Source of the DNA: Octopus sinensis
Lineage: Eukaryota
Assembly (NCBI RefSeq): GCF_006345805.1
Contig: NC_042997.1
Span: 61,380,001-61,444,000 of the forward strand
Length of the DNA stretch: 64,000 nucleotides
Direction of reading: 5' to 3'
Part shown: piece by piece, positions 40,591 to 54,135 of the stretch
How the letters are laid out: each line of letters begins with the position of its first letter
Numbering within the stretch: the first letter of the stretch is position 1
The notes under the pieces: generated by a model
Database searches by the model: none
Seen by the model: only the letters and a program-made list of their open reading frames with translations
Told to the model about the DNA's origin: nothing
Position numbers and translations under genes: made by a program

Positions 40591-41864
40591 TATCAGGTTG
40601 AGTAAAAAGTAAGCAACGTTTTGAACCTTGAAGAATTTGTACCAGATTTTTGCAGAGTTTTGAATTATTTTAAAACATTTTTTGCAGTTGTCTGATAATA
40701 TAGACATAGACTTGCCCAAATGCATCAATAAATTAACATTGATATATTTTTCACTGTTGGTACATTCATCTGAAATGGAACTGTCAAAGTGTGATATTTG
40801 AGCAATTTTCCTATTCAACTTCAAAAAAGGATGTATAGCAGCTGAAACTGCTCATGATATCAATGAAACATTTGGTGAGGAAATGACCAGTGAGTGGTCA
40901 GTTTTAAAATGGTTTAAATGATTTTGCAGTGGGGACCTGAGCTTTGAAGATTGTGAACGTAGTGGATCCCCATCTATTATCAATGACAGTCAGTTAAAGA
41001 CTGTCATTAAGAAAGATCCATGTAAAACTACTCAAGAACTGGCAAAAGAATTTCAAGTTAGCTAGAAAACTGCCTGCAGCCATTTGCATGCAATCGGAAA
41101 ATCAAATGGGTACCACACGATTTGAGTGAAAATCAGAAAATGCACAGATATGAAATTTGTTCGTTGCTTCCTTGTAACCAGACCAATCCATTTCTTGACT
41201 GTATTGTAACTTGCGATGAAATGTGGATTCTGTACAATAATGCAAAATGTTCTTTGCAATGATTGGACCAAGATGAAGCACTAAAAACCTTCCCTAAACT
41301 CGAGCTCTGCAAAAAGAAGGTTATGGTGACTGTTTGGTGGTGTACTGCTGAACTCATCTACTATAACTTGTTAAAACTCAGAAAAATCATTACTGCAGAA
41401 ACATATTGCCATGAAATTGCCAAAATGAACAAAAAAACTGCTATTCCTCCATCCTAAACAGCTCAACAGAAGAGGGCCAATCATTCTTCATGGCGATGCT
41501 TGACCACATGTTTCACTAATGATGCTCCAGAAGTTGAGGGGACTTGGCTACAACGTTCTTCTCCACCCAGCTTAATCCCCAGACTTTTCTCCTACTGGCT
41601 ACCAATTTTTCAAGCACCTTGATTGTTTCCTGCAAGAGAAGGAGTTCAAAAACCAAACCAATGCTGAAAGTGCATTCAAGGAGTTCATCAGCTCCAGAGC
41701 TCCAGATTTTTATGTTACCAGAATAAACAAACTTGTAACTCTTTGGTAAAAATGTGTTAATTGTAATGGTAATTACTTTGATGAATAAAATTTCCACATT
41801 GTTAAATATATTGTGATGAATTTCATGTTTCAAAATGTTGCTTACTTTTATACTCAGCCTGATA
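40591..41864 (+). mobile_element. Full-length mariner (DD34D) with pseudogenised transposase 40775-41788
   Basis: ~33-bp TIRs TATCAGG(T/C)TGAGTA..AAAAGTAAGCAAC.TTTTGAA with TA flanks. Motifs MELSKCDI, WVPHDL, IVTCDEMWILY, KKVMVTVWW, LHGDA, HPA*SPDFSPT. Confidence 0.9.
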
Positions 41865-43889
41865 TATTTTATTGATCTCAAAAAGATGAAATACAAAATC
41901 TGTCTCAGCAGGATTTGAACCTAGAAAGCAAAGAGGTATAACTAAATAATTGCTTAGTATTTTGTTTGGCCCTCAATTTATTCTGCTATATTCCACTCTT
42001 GTATATGTTTAACATATCAAGATATAATTCATAGGTATTATAATAAGATATTGAGAATATTACAGGAATTGCTTTAATAAACTTGCAACATCAGTTTGCT
42101 TCACAGAACACTTTCAATAAGTAGTTAGAATCCCTGCTAACACATTCTTATTTGAGAACCTATTAGCATGTTAATTTATATTTATATTGTCTAAATGGAA
42201 TGTTTGTACAGATATGCAATGCAAACAAGAGAAAAGGAATGAAAAGTGGAATCCCAGTGGGAAATTGAACTTACTTCTCTTTTGATAAATCTTTTGTATA
42301 ATAATAATTAATGTACCATTAGCTCTCTGACAAATATTTACTTGTTATATTTTATACATACTTTTCATAATTGCTGCAATACTTTGTTTATATATTTACT
42401 GATCAGTTCTTATCTATACATCACTAAATAGCAATAAAATCTCAAGTTAATTATTAAAATTTATTTCTGCTATCAACAATTGTTTTCAGCTTTATGTCTG
42501 TTTTAATAAATGTTGATAGGAAAACACAAACACCCTGAAGCAATTTACTTGCTGGTAAATAACGTTCTCAGTTCTGATGATGATAGTAAGTATTGATTTA
42601 TATAGGAAAAAGAAATATTCAATTGAATTCCCAAATATTACAGGTATTTTTTTTAAAATGTGTATAAAATAAAGACAAAGTCAACTGATGAGATTTACCT
42701 ATCACTTCCATTTTTTTCTTCCTTTTCTCTCTTCTCTGTCTCATTCACACTTGCTACTTATCTCCTTCCTTCTCTGTCTGTCTCTGTCTCTCTTTCACTC
42801 ACTCTCTCTCTCCCTCTCTCTCATGCACATAATTCTTGAACATCTAGTCACCTTCTAAACTTACAATTTACTTTTGTGGAACTGCCTTAGTAGAGATGTG
42901 GCTTCCCTAACCATATTGAAGATAACCTACCTCGGAGCTAAATCACTCCAAAATGCAAACCTCCAAAGAGGAAGCTGTGGACTCTGCAAAATAATCTTTT
43001 TGATACTGGTGCCATGATAAAATTACTTTGGTTTTTTTTAAAGAGGTGGGGAAATAAATATAATGTATATCTAACAAAGTTCATTCTTCAAAAGTATTAG
43101 AAACAAGCTGCCATTTTCAGAATGGTGCAGTCTTTTGATATACTGTATCTGACTGTCAGCTCACTCATGATTTTGTTTTATCTTCTACTTAGTTCTTGAT
43201 TGGTGTCTCAGTGATCATGGTATTTTTGAAAAGACTTTCTAGTGTTTCTGACATTCAACTGGGCTGTTTATAAGGATTAGTGAAGTGGTTTGTACTAACT
43301 CTCAAGCTGTGGTCTCCCCTTCTTCCCTGTTCTCCTCTTCCTCTTTCTTCTCTTCCTCCTTCTCTTCTTCCTTATATTCTTCTTTCTCATTCTCCTCTTC
43401 CTCCTCCAAACTAAACCGATGGAAAAGTCCATTAAATAAGAAAAAAAAAGTCAATTTGTTCAATAGCCTCACCTCTATCTCTATACCACCATCTCCAACC
43501 TCACCCTAATACTGATCCTTACAACTGCCTCCTATAAACATTGATCACAAAATGTATATCAGAGAACAAACATCTTATTCTCTATCTGTAGCTCATCTCT
43601 AAGACTATTCAGGTTGTACTCTGTAATTCCTACTTCATTTTGAAAGATGGTATCTGTGTTTATTTAGAATCTGCTCTCCCTGCCTACCTCTCATCTCTTT
43701 TACTCTTCCCACCACTCACTAGCATCATAGCATTCAGCTACATTTATGTATGTATGTAGAAATAATAGAATCAAGTGTACACTATACTAACGTCTCCAGC
43801 AGCAAAATTCAAAGAATATACAAACAATTCAAAACAACACGTTGTGTATTATGAGAGGCTGTACTCACTCACATACATTACCAGTAGAT

Positions 43890-44727
43890 CAGGGGCTCCC
43901 AACCTTTTTTGTGAAGCACCAAAATAAGTAATTTTTTCCTGTGGACTACCTCAAATTTTAAATTTATTATAAAAGAACTGCTACTCATAAATATAGTATC
44001 ATTTTTACTTTGCAATGAAAGTTCCTTTTCGTTCTTGTAAGGGACATCACAGAAAACAAATAACTGAGAACACCAATAACAAAACCAATTTGCAATGGCA
44101 CATGATTCTCAAGAAAGCTTTATTTGATAGAATCAAATAGAAAAGGTTACTGAGTCGTGGAAGACACCCACTTTTATTCAGAAAAAAAAAAGCTATACAG
44201 TTAAAATATAACAATTTGAAGGGTAAATTTAAAAAATGTGAGGAGTGAAGTTGGAATCAGTGCAAAAAGTCGTGTAAACATTTGAGGGAATATAACAAAT
44301 TGAATTAACTTAAAAATGTCAGAGACAAGTTGTCAGGAAAAACGTCAAGAAACCTTCAGTGAGATCCTTTGGCTTGCTTTTTATCCACAAGCTGAGAAAT
44401 TCTTGGCTCTTTTTGGCTCAAGAGAATTCTCAAATCAGCATTGTTATCGAGGTTCAAATGCCTCCGCTACTTTGTGAACGAGTGGAGGACAAGGGAAAAT
44501 CCCTTTTCAGCCAGGTAGGATGTTGGGAGATTTATAATAAAAGGCTTGACTTGTTCAAACAACTTTGGATATTCGTGAGAATGATTCAACCAAGCCTCGG
44601 CCCAGTTGTTTTCAGATGATTTGCACAGATTATCATCTACCATTGCCTCACATAGCTCCATCTGAACACATTCAAATAAATATCTGTAAATATAAAACCA
44701 TTCGAATTTCTGAGTACCTCATTTCTT

Positions 44728-44730
<3 letters not shown>
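43890..44730 (-). mobile_element. hAT (Charlie/Buster-type) transposon 3' end with dimerisation-domain remnant
   Basis: Terminus CAGGGGCTCCCAACCTTTTT at 43890 preceded by cagTAGAt. Minus frame WLNHSHEYPKLFEQVKPFIINLPTSYLAEKGFSLV. Truncated at (TA)n at 44730. Confidence 0.8.
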
Positions 44731-44790
<60 letters not shown>

Positions 44791-46047
44791 TTCTTTATAT
44801 TTGCCTTAATTGTTGAATTATAAGCATGCTGGAGCACAACCTTGATAGGTTTAATCAGTCATATTGAACTAAGTATTTGTTTTCTATTGTGATATTTTAT
44901 CAGTATTTTTCTGCTGAATCACTAAGTGATGAAGACTCAAACCAGTGTCAGTTGTCAAACACTGAGAAAAACAGAATGATGCACACACACTCACATGCAT
45001 ATTTATTATTATATATGCATAATGTGTGTGTGTGTAAATACATATGTATATACATACATACATGCATACATAATGTTTTATACATACATATATACTAGAC
45101 TTATCTGTCATACAACAGTTAACTTTGGAAATATAACTTCACCACCATGGTAATATCAGGAAATATGGCATACATGCAATAATTCTAAGGTAACTTTTAT
45201 GAAGTTTTCTTGGTGTTTATACAAAATGATGAAATGTATATTAATTTTCAAAGGTAAAATATTCATTACCATAAAATAAAATTAAATGAAACTAATTTTT
45301 GATTTGAATAACTCCTTCCATAGCTACTCTGTTGTTTACTTTGTTTCCTCCTCTGTCTCTGATTTATTCTCTTTTACTAGTGTGTTCATGGATAACATTC
45401 TTTTACTCATTGTCTTCCACCAAGTCTAGTATATACACTTACCGTACTTCTCTTATGTGAACTCTCTTTGTATCTGTCATTTACTTTCCTTATCTCCTTC
45501 TCTTTATATATGATGTGAAGCAGGATTGGAGAAATCAGGCAAGCATAAAATTAAATCAAATTGAATTAAGTTAAAGCAAAATGAGTTAAATCATATTAAT
45601 CAAGTTAAATTAAATTAGATCAAGCTAAGTTAAAAAGCTGTTACAGATGGGCTAACAAAGTGATGTGGATATAGATAGTTGAGGACAAAAGACTTATTTT
45701 AACTTATCTGTGCATATCTCAGCATGCTTGCTTGCCAGAGTAATTTCATTGTGGAAGGGATGGGGTTGATAAGTGACCGAGACCTTTGGCGATATGCCAT
45801 GCTTGAGAAGAGTCATCAACCAAGTGAAAGCATAGTTGTGGCTGATGTTGCTATCATATAACTGGCACCTGTGTTCAGTGGCATGTAAAAAGCACACATT
45901 ACAGGAAAGGCATGCAGCCATAGAAACCATGCCAAATCAGATTGGAACCTTGTGCAGCTCTCCAGCTTACCAGTTTCATTCAAACTATCTGTGCCATGTC
46001 AGCATGGAAAGCAGATGCTAAATGATGATGATGGTAATGATTTATAA

Positions 46048-46088
<41 letters not shown>

Positions 46089-46275
46089 GCGCAGGAGTGG
46101 CTGTGTGGTAAGTAGCTTGCTTACCAACCACATGGTTCATGGTTCTGGGTTCAGTCCCACTGCATGGCACCTTGGGCAAGTGTCTTCCACTATAGCCTCG
46201 GGCCGACCAAGACCTTGTGAGTGGATTTGGTAGTCGGAAACTGAAAGAAGCCCATCGTATATATATATGTGTGTG

Positions 46276-46320
<45 letters not shown>

Positions 46321-46540
46321 TTGTGTGCCTGTGTTTGTCCCCCCCAACATCACTTGGGGGAACAAACACAGACACTGTGCAATGCTGGTGTGTTTATGTC
46401 CCCATAACTTAGTCATTCAGCAAAAAGAGCCTGACAGAATAAGTACCAGGCTTACAAAGAATAGTCCTGGGTTGATTTGCTCAACTAAAGACGGTGCTCC
46501 AACACAGCTGCAGTCAAATGACTGAAACAAGTAAAAGAGT
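46089..46540 (+). mobile_element. Full-length tRNA-derived SINE with internal (TA)/(TG) microsatellite
   Basis: tRNA-like head gcgcaggagtggctgtgtggtaag..ggttcagtcccactg (A/B-box-like) and tail gtcaaatgactgaaacaagtaaaagag. Related copies at ~2850-3075, 3400-3720, 10020-10390, 14985-15390, 23130-23450, 55168-55548 and 58105-58270. Confidence 0.8.
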
Positions 46541-46655
46541 ATTATATATGTGTGAGTGTCTGTGTGTGTGTGTGTATACATATATAAGTATATGTATATA
46601 TATGTGCATGCATATGTAAATATATGTATGTATATATATATATATATATATATAA

Positions 46656-46688
<33 letters not shown>

Positions 46689-47720
46689 GCAAAAGATCAA
46701 AGAACGGACGGGGGTAAGATGGTAAGTTTGATTGATGGGCTGTGTGTCTGCATTCTCCCTAGGCTGCTTATTTTGATTGATTTATTTATATATTTATATC
46801 ATAGCACCTCTTCATTGAACAATCAAAGCCACACTTGTGGAAAATTCAGTAATTAGAGAATATACTTTCATTAATTAATTTCACCTTTACTCTCTCTCTA
46901 ATTATTTCACCAACACATTAGTTCTCCCAAAGGTATTTGTCAACCTAATGACTGAAAACAGATTTCCTTTATATAAATGAGAATCTATGCAGTAGCAGTA
47001 TTTAGAATAACAAAATAATTTTATTAAATATAGTAGTGTGATTATTGGCTATTCAGTCAGACATTGCTATATTGTATTTTATTTATCCTTAGCAATGCTC
47101 CTCTTACTACCTTTTCCTACCTTACTGATTATAAGTTCCACTCTTTTACATTTACATATTTAGCATATAAGAAGATATCCAATTATAAATTAGTTCCTCT
47201 AACATTATTGAAAGAACCTCGTTTGCCAAATTGCTCTTGTTTATGTTACCTTGGAAAAGTGAGGTAAAAATTTCATTCAAGGCTTTATTTGATTTAAGAC
47301 TGAAATGAAATATATCTTATCTCTATTACTTTGGAAGACTGAAGTTAAAATGAAAGCTACATGGTTGTATTAGCTAGAAATTTTGAGTAAAATATATTTT
47401 TGTATAGAAATTAAGGCTTCCAAGAGACTGCTGTTCAACACTTAGCTAACTATTATATAAAGCTAGATATACTAAGCATTATATCTAAAGCAAACCTATT
47501 TCTTTACTGCCCACAGGGGGCTATACACAGAAGGGACAAACAAGGACAGACAAATGGATTAAATTGATTATATCGACGCCAGTGCGTAACTGGTACTTAT
47601 TTAATCAACCCTGAAAGGATGAAAGGCAAAGTTGACCTCGGCAGAATTTGAACTCAGAACAAAGCGGCTTCTGAGTTCAAATTCTGCCGAGGAATTTATA
47701 TCTAAAGCACACCACATAGA

Positions 47721-47940
47721 CCCTTTCGCATTCAAACCAGCTATATCAGGCTCAAATATTCTACTTGTTTTATGTTTAAACTGCCTAGATCTGGCCTCTT
47801 ATAGATTCTGTACAATATCATTCTACAAATAAACAATTATATCATCACAGTCTCAGAGCTACAAGATAATGCATGCTTGATACCAAACAATGTGAATAAA
47901 TGAGCATTACATTTGACAGAATAATCTGATTGCTATAGGG
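47721..47940. mobile_element. piggyBac-type MITE (degraded)
   Basis: Starts CCCTTTCGCA, ends TATAGGG followed by TTAA at 47941; left TSD degenerate. Confidence 0.45.
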
Positions 47941-48982
47941 TTAAACACATCAGGATTAGTGAGTAGTAAATTAGTGTGACCCTGACAGTTTTATTTCCTT
48001 TGGTGATTTATATGTCCAATTCTTCTGTTGGTTTAACTGAAGAAAGTTTCTCTTTACTCTATTCATAACAAAAGTAGATAAACTGCTGGAGATCTTTTTC
48101 TTTTATCGTTATTATTAATGATGGGGGTGGGGGGTTATTATCACTAATGATGATTATTATGTCAGTTATGATTATTGAGTAGATTAATATTATCAAAGTA
48201 TCACTTTCTATATTGTCATTTTGACTGGCTTCAGGTGTAAAGATTTAAGAGGTGTTATCTTCATACTGAGCCTGCATCAGCTTATCTGTTGACTATTGAA
48301 ACTTTGGCAGACAAGCACTTTGGGAACATTTGGAAATAATCTGAGAATCAGACAAAACTGATACATTTAACATGCCACAGGAAATAAATGCAGTTTTAAA
48401 TAAGCCAGTTATTTTTTCTTCAATATTTTCACTTCTGAAACAAATGAAGAACTCTATATGCAAATATTAAAATGTTGTCTGTATTACTTTTGATATTTTA
48501 TTTTGAATTAATAGTTTTTAAAAATGTATTGCATTTCAATGTTATCAACATTACATTTGGAAAACTGAATCTTTTCATTTGTTTTAAATCTTATTGCTTC
48601 CATATGCTTATCATGTGCAAAGGAGAAGTCAAAATCTACTGCTTCATTCACATTATCTGCTGTCACTTTGTTCCTGCAAATATTAAATTTTAAATTTAAA
48701 TCAACTCAGATTGTTATCTAGTATTTTTACCAACTCCATATATAGAAAAAAGAATAACAGAATTATTAATATACGCAAATGTAATACTTCATGCAGTAGT
48801 TATTTGTTTATTTGTAATATTTTTATGAGTTCTCTTGTCACGTTATTCTGTTCCAGGGCCATATAGAATAAAATAGTATTCTCCATTATAATTACTTTAA
48901 AAATCAATTGAATTTTATTGCTTTGCAAAAATTTTTAAAAATTCAGGAAGAAATTTATTTTCAATACTCTTCAATTTTCCAG

Positions 48983-49106
48983 GAATGGTGCTGAAATCAA
49001 TGGCAAATGAACCTGTGATTTATGCTGACATTGCTCCCAGAGGAACACAACTGAAACTCTTGCTAGTGTTAAAGGGAGGTCAAAAGGTTCTGTTTAAACC
49101 AAAATG
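48983..49106 (+). CDS. FAM20B: Internal coding exon of a FAM20B-like Golgi kinase (glycosaminoglycan xylosylkinase family)
   Basis: Acceptor tcaattttccAG at 48981-48982 and donor GTATGT at 49107. Phase-1 entry, phase-2 exit. Translation (G)MVLKSMANEPVIYADIAPRGTQLKLLLVLKGGQKVLFKPK(W) aligns with FAM20B as I recall it ([42 protein letters not shown]). Orthologue versus paralogue is not resolved. Too short for the ORF track. Confidence 0.85.
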
Positions 49107-49599
49107 GTATGTAGGAATTTTATGAAACATATATATTCACTGATTATTAATTGTAAATTATGAAGCCTTTCAGATCTACTGAGTGAAACCTTTATATTTG
49201 AATTATTTATTTGTTTTGGACAGTCTTCCATTGCATATAAAGATATATATTTATAGTTATACCATCACAGATAAAGAAAAAAACCCTGTTTTCTTCACAG
49301 AACAACATGTATAAAGAGATAAAAAAAAAGGTCAAATTATATTTGTTTTGCCACTCTGTTTTAAGACTTTCTTAATATGTTTTGCATGTCAGATTTTATT
49401 TCATGTTCTGTTGACTTTGCTTGCAACAACTGCAGCTTTATAATAACCCAAAACAGACAATTTATTTGACATAGAGGAAACATTAATGTCAGTTACATAG
49501 CTTCACAGAACTTGTAATGACAGTTACTAATGAGAGTGAGCTTAAAATTACTGGATGTGAAAGAAATGGACATTAATGTTGTCCACTTTCGTTCATATT

Positions 49600-50290
49600 T
49601 CTATTATTGGAATCATGTTAAATCTGTAGAGCTATTTGGTGGCCAATTTACTTTAGTAACTCTTTACAATATCAGCAACATTTTGACTGAATATATGGCC
49701 ATCAATGAAGGTGAAAAATACCTGCCAATTTGTTCCAACAATTGCACACAAATCAAGGTCAATGATTTTAAGTGCTTTGGGTCCTATGTTACTGACAGAA
49801 AGAAGGACTTCTTTACATGCGAGGGACTAGCCTGGAGAACCTGAAATTAACTTCAGAAGATCTGGCAATCAAGTATTTCTAAGTCAACAAAGTTTGCCTT
49901 CTTCAGGGCATGTGTAGACAGCACACTTTCCTATGGTACTGAAATACAGATTATGAAGAAATGATTTCAAATTGCCTTGACACCACATACACCAAGTTTC
50001 TCATGAGGGCTCAAAACATCTCATGGCATGTGCACAAGTCAAAGAGGAGATTTATGGGCATATTCTATGATATTGTTACTATTATTGCTCAATGCAGAGT
50101 AGCTTTCCTGGCCATTGCTATCATGCTGAATGACAGGCTGTATCAAATGTTATATTTTGGACACTTCCACACCATGAATAGGAACGAAGACAAATCAGCT
50201 GTATTCATGTTGTTGTCAGTGACACATGACCTACAATTGAGGATCTAGGTAAGCTAATGACGGGTAGAGATTCCTGGTAAAATGCATCTT
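49600..50290 (+). mobile_element. Degenerate RTE-type LINE 3' portion
   Basis: DFKCFGSYV, LAWRT, FRACVDSTLSYGTE, DTTYTKFLMRAQNISW, VAFPGHCY across frameshifts; typical of the RT thumb and C-terminus. Confidence 0.75.
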
Positions 50291-50984
50291 AGTTGCAGCC
50301 ACTTGAAGAAGAGGAATGATTAAACATTTGTAGAAGGCTATCAAATGTGTGTGTTTGTTTATGTCTCTGCAATGTAGTATTTCACCAAAAAGAAATCAAT
50401 ATAATAAGTACCAGATAAATCATAATTAGAGACGTCAATTTGATTTACTAATTTCTTCAAGGTAGTGTTCCAGCATGACTGCAGTCTAAAGATTAAAATC
50501 AATAAAAGAATAATATCATTGTTTCTTATTCAGATAGCTCATACAGTGTTAATAGCATCTACTTGTTAATCACTTGTATGAATTGTGCTTATTTTCAGCT
50601 TGGTTTTAATTAGTGAATAATATGCAAATATAGGTTATAATTGCACATTGTATAAGGTAGGAAACTGTTTGGAGTAGATGTATGTTGGTGCACTAAAATA
50701 TATATTCACCATAATACTATCTTGTGTTGGTAGAAATGCTTGGTTGCTATGAAAACATTCAATGATTTTCAGACCTAAAGATCAAAGTAAGATTAAGGAG
50801 TGGAGATTTGTGTCAAGGTTTAGTGTCATCTATGAGGTTTGATCTCTCTTTTGATCTTGCAAACTATTTTCCAGCGTAACAAACATGAAGCTGTTTGTCA
50901 TACTGTGTATCTTTTACTTTTTAGTGTTTATTTTTCATATTGGATAGAGGTTTGCTTATTCTAAAGTGTTGGATCCCCTCATTA

Positions 50985-51183
50985 ATGTACATTATTTACA
51001 TTTGACAGATATTTGTCCTCATCTTGTTTGTTGTTAACACAACGTTTTGGCTGATATACCCTTATTATTGTTGTTGTTTTTGCTGTTGTTGTTGTTGTTA
51101 TTCAGGTCACTGCTTGGAATCAAACTCGGAATCTTGGGGTTAGTAGCCCGCATTCTTAACCACTACACCATATGATAATAATA

Positions 51184-51227
<44 letters not shown>

Positions 51228-51405
51228 TTGAAAAATACCTTAGGAATGAGAACCCAGTTTTAAAATTTTCTCAAGACACCTAATGAAAGCTGTAGGGTAT
51301 ATCAGCCAAAACATGTTAACAACAAACAAGATGGGGATAAATATCCGTCAAATGTAAATAATGTAAATAACATACATAATTCCTCATCTCTTAAATACAG
51401 AACTC
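50985..51405. mobile_element. Same Penelope-like terminal family: minus fragment (50985-51062) and plus copy (51226-51405) around a SINE fragment and (GTT)/(AAT) microsatellites
   Basis: Plus copy GACAC CTAATGA AAGCTG-tagggtatat-CAGCC AAAA CATGTT (51275-51317). The minus fragment keeps CAGCC AAAA CGT T GTGTT. Both match the 39.6-39.8 kb copy. Confidence 0.55.
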
Positions 51406-52407
51406 CTCATTAATGCTAACCACTGAACTCTGAATTATATCTAAAAACTGTTGGGACAATGATGAAAATTCATTGCACGTGTTCAGTTTGTTAGAAATAG
51501 CAGCTAGATATTTCTCAAATCACACCTTGCAGGAAAATATAGCACTTGTTATACAAAAAGATGAGATGGCGATTGCTAGAACTCTTTTGATCATAAGTCT
51601 GTTTGATCAGAGAATGCCTAGGGCTAAACAACAATACCAGTGGCATGAAAATTGCTGTTAGCCAGCTGAACAGAAATTAGGAGAGTAGCCAATCTTTTTT
51701 CAATTTTACTGTGTGGGTGGTCAGTAATCAAACACTTATTTAGTTTCAATGAGTTCAATTCCAGCTATTCAAGAGAAACCACAGTCAGAATACATTTAGT
51801 CTATGTTAGGCTGTGTTGCTATAAAAATTGTGGTTAATATTAGAAGAGAAGAAATAGAGTTTTTTTTTAAATTTCCAAAGCCAACTGCTCTATTGTTATG
51901 AGTGTCAAATTCTTCAACAAATACATGGGTATCTGTTGCCATGAAGCAAATGATATTTGTTTTGAACTGAAATAACATTGGCAGTTTATTGCTCTCCTAT
52001 TAAAATTTGTTAAATATTTGTAAGTTGTGTTGTTTATAGTGATTATCTTTATGACAAGGATAATGATGGCATTCATTTGTGATAGTGATGCTGGTAGTTG
52101 TTAGGGTGGTTGTTTGTGGTTGTTATAGAAATAATTATGGCTGTGATTAGTGTGGTGATGATGATGATGATGGTTGTTAGTGATCCAGCAGATGTATGAT
52201 CAAAAGCTGTTCCAACCCTATCCATATCATCTTTGTATTTCTTTTTATGACATGGAATTATTTTATGTATCCTTCCAATTTAAAGCTAGTTGGGTATGAT
52301 TTGAGAGATTTGGTTGCTCTGTCTAGCAGGGCAAGTAACCACATAAAGGTTTCCTCATTGGCCATTCATCAACAAAGTGGATAGGAATGGTGATAGTGAT
52401 CACTGCT

Positions 52408-52457
<50 letters not shown>

Positions 52458-53339
52458 AATCATTGAGGAGGTGATTACAAATCTAATATAGAAGAAAACT
52501 GTATTAGCTTGAGAAATGTGTGCTAATATTGCCATCTTTGTAAAGAATGGAAAAATACAACTCTATATTTGATATACATAAAAACTTATGTCATCAATAC
52601 TTTTTTCTTTTTCTCCCCTCAACCATTTTTTTTTCTTTTCATGTTCCTTTTCTCACTCTGTCTCTTTCTTTGTCACCTTTTTTGTTCTCTCTTCACCATT
52701 TTCCTTTTGCTTCTTAACACCTTTCACCTTTATCATTCAGATGGAAGACAATTTGCTCACGAATAAATACTTCCTTCATTCAATATTTAATATCATTATC
52801 ATTGTGTAAACATCATCCTCACATATTATTGGTATTACTGTCTTTTGAAATTCTTAGTCTTAATACTCAATTTCTATGTTGGCACAAATATGAATGGTAT
52901 TAATTTTTTTTTTTAATATTTGTCCCGTTATTCAATAAAATGCTTCTGTAACACTACAATTATCAATAAGAACATATAAAGACAACACCAGAATTAATAA
53001 TTCATTTAATATGAAAATTTACATTCCATTAGCAATCCCTGTTCCACCTGCCAAAATTTCATATTTATCACAAACGTAGCAATTAAATGGAAAAATGTGT
53101 TGAGATTCAGTATAGAGAAAAAAATTCCAATTTCAAATCAAGATGAGTCATGTGTGTGATTAGATAGACAGGTAGGCAGGCAGATAGACAGACAGATGGA
53201 CAGATGTTGTAACCCCAGAAAATATATACTATCACATACACAAATGCTCACAGTGAAAAATTCCACTTCACACTTCATAAATGTATATAGTAATATGCAC
53301 ACAAACACTTGCATACACTTTCACATGTAATTATCAATG

Positions 53340-53343
53340 TCTG

Positions 53344-53394
<51 letters not shown>

Positions 53395-53395
53395 A

Positions 53396-53438
<43 letters not shown>

Positions 53439-53460
53439 TTCTGTCTATCTGTCTGTCTGT
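53340..53460. repeat. Compound (TCTA)n(TCTG)n microsatellite
   Basis: Direct reading. Confidence 0.95.
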
Positions 53461-53869
53461 AGCATGTACATTGTAAGCTGATGTGCAAAGATTGGGAAAG
53501 ACATGAAATGAGTCTTGAGACTTTTTCAGAAGAGATATCTCTTAATTTCATGGAAGTACAAAATTCTTATCTCTTTACACCAGCTCTCCTTTTAAACCAA
53601 TATCCAACATCAGTATTGAAAGGATGTGGTATTTTTGTGCTAAGAAGTGTCCTTTAAAATAATTTATAAATGTAATTTTAAAGCAGTATTTCAATGACTT
53701 AATGCCTCAGTTTGAATATTTTCTTTATTTATTACTATATCCTGTTTCATGTCTGTAGTAATGAATTAAAAGAAACATTTGAAAAACTTCCAAGGAAATC
53801 AATGACATCTCTGCTGAGTAAACAGAGTAAATTGCTGGACCTTCATTACCTGTCTACAAATTCTATATA

Positions 53870-54135
53870 GGATCAAATCATGTGATCATGTGACTATCAG
53901 ATATTGTTACACATCACTGGTCACAATGTACTTTTGCATTGTTTTAGCCTTCAAATGACGCCAAATTTCTGGCTAGGCAAGCAGGTCAACAATCCCCACT
54001 GATTGAAGGGGGACTGTAGCAATGTGAAATGAAATGCTTTGCTCAAAAAAAAACATGCTGCCCAGTCAGGGAATCGAACCCATGAACTAGTAATCGTGAG
54101 TGCAGCAGTCTAACCACTAGGCTACATGCCTTCAC
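53870..54135 (-). mobile_element. tRNA-derived SINE (related copy at ~58310-58570)
   Basis: Reverse B-box-like gggaatcgaaccc and ctaaccactaggctac head; body shared with 58310-58570. Confidence 0.55.

Noticed and set aside
42574-42691. CTGATGA at 42574 and 42685 as hammerhead cores
   Set aside because: No correctly placed stem II + GAAA + stem III; chance matches in AT-rich or (GAT)n sequence.
46089-46160. tRNA gene
   Set aside because: The tRNA-like A/B boxes continue into a SINE body without an acceptor stem; this is a SINE head, not a tRNA.
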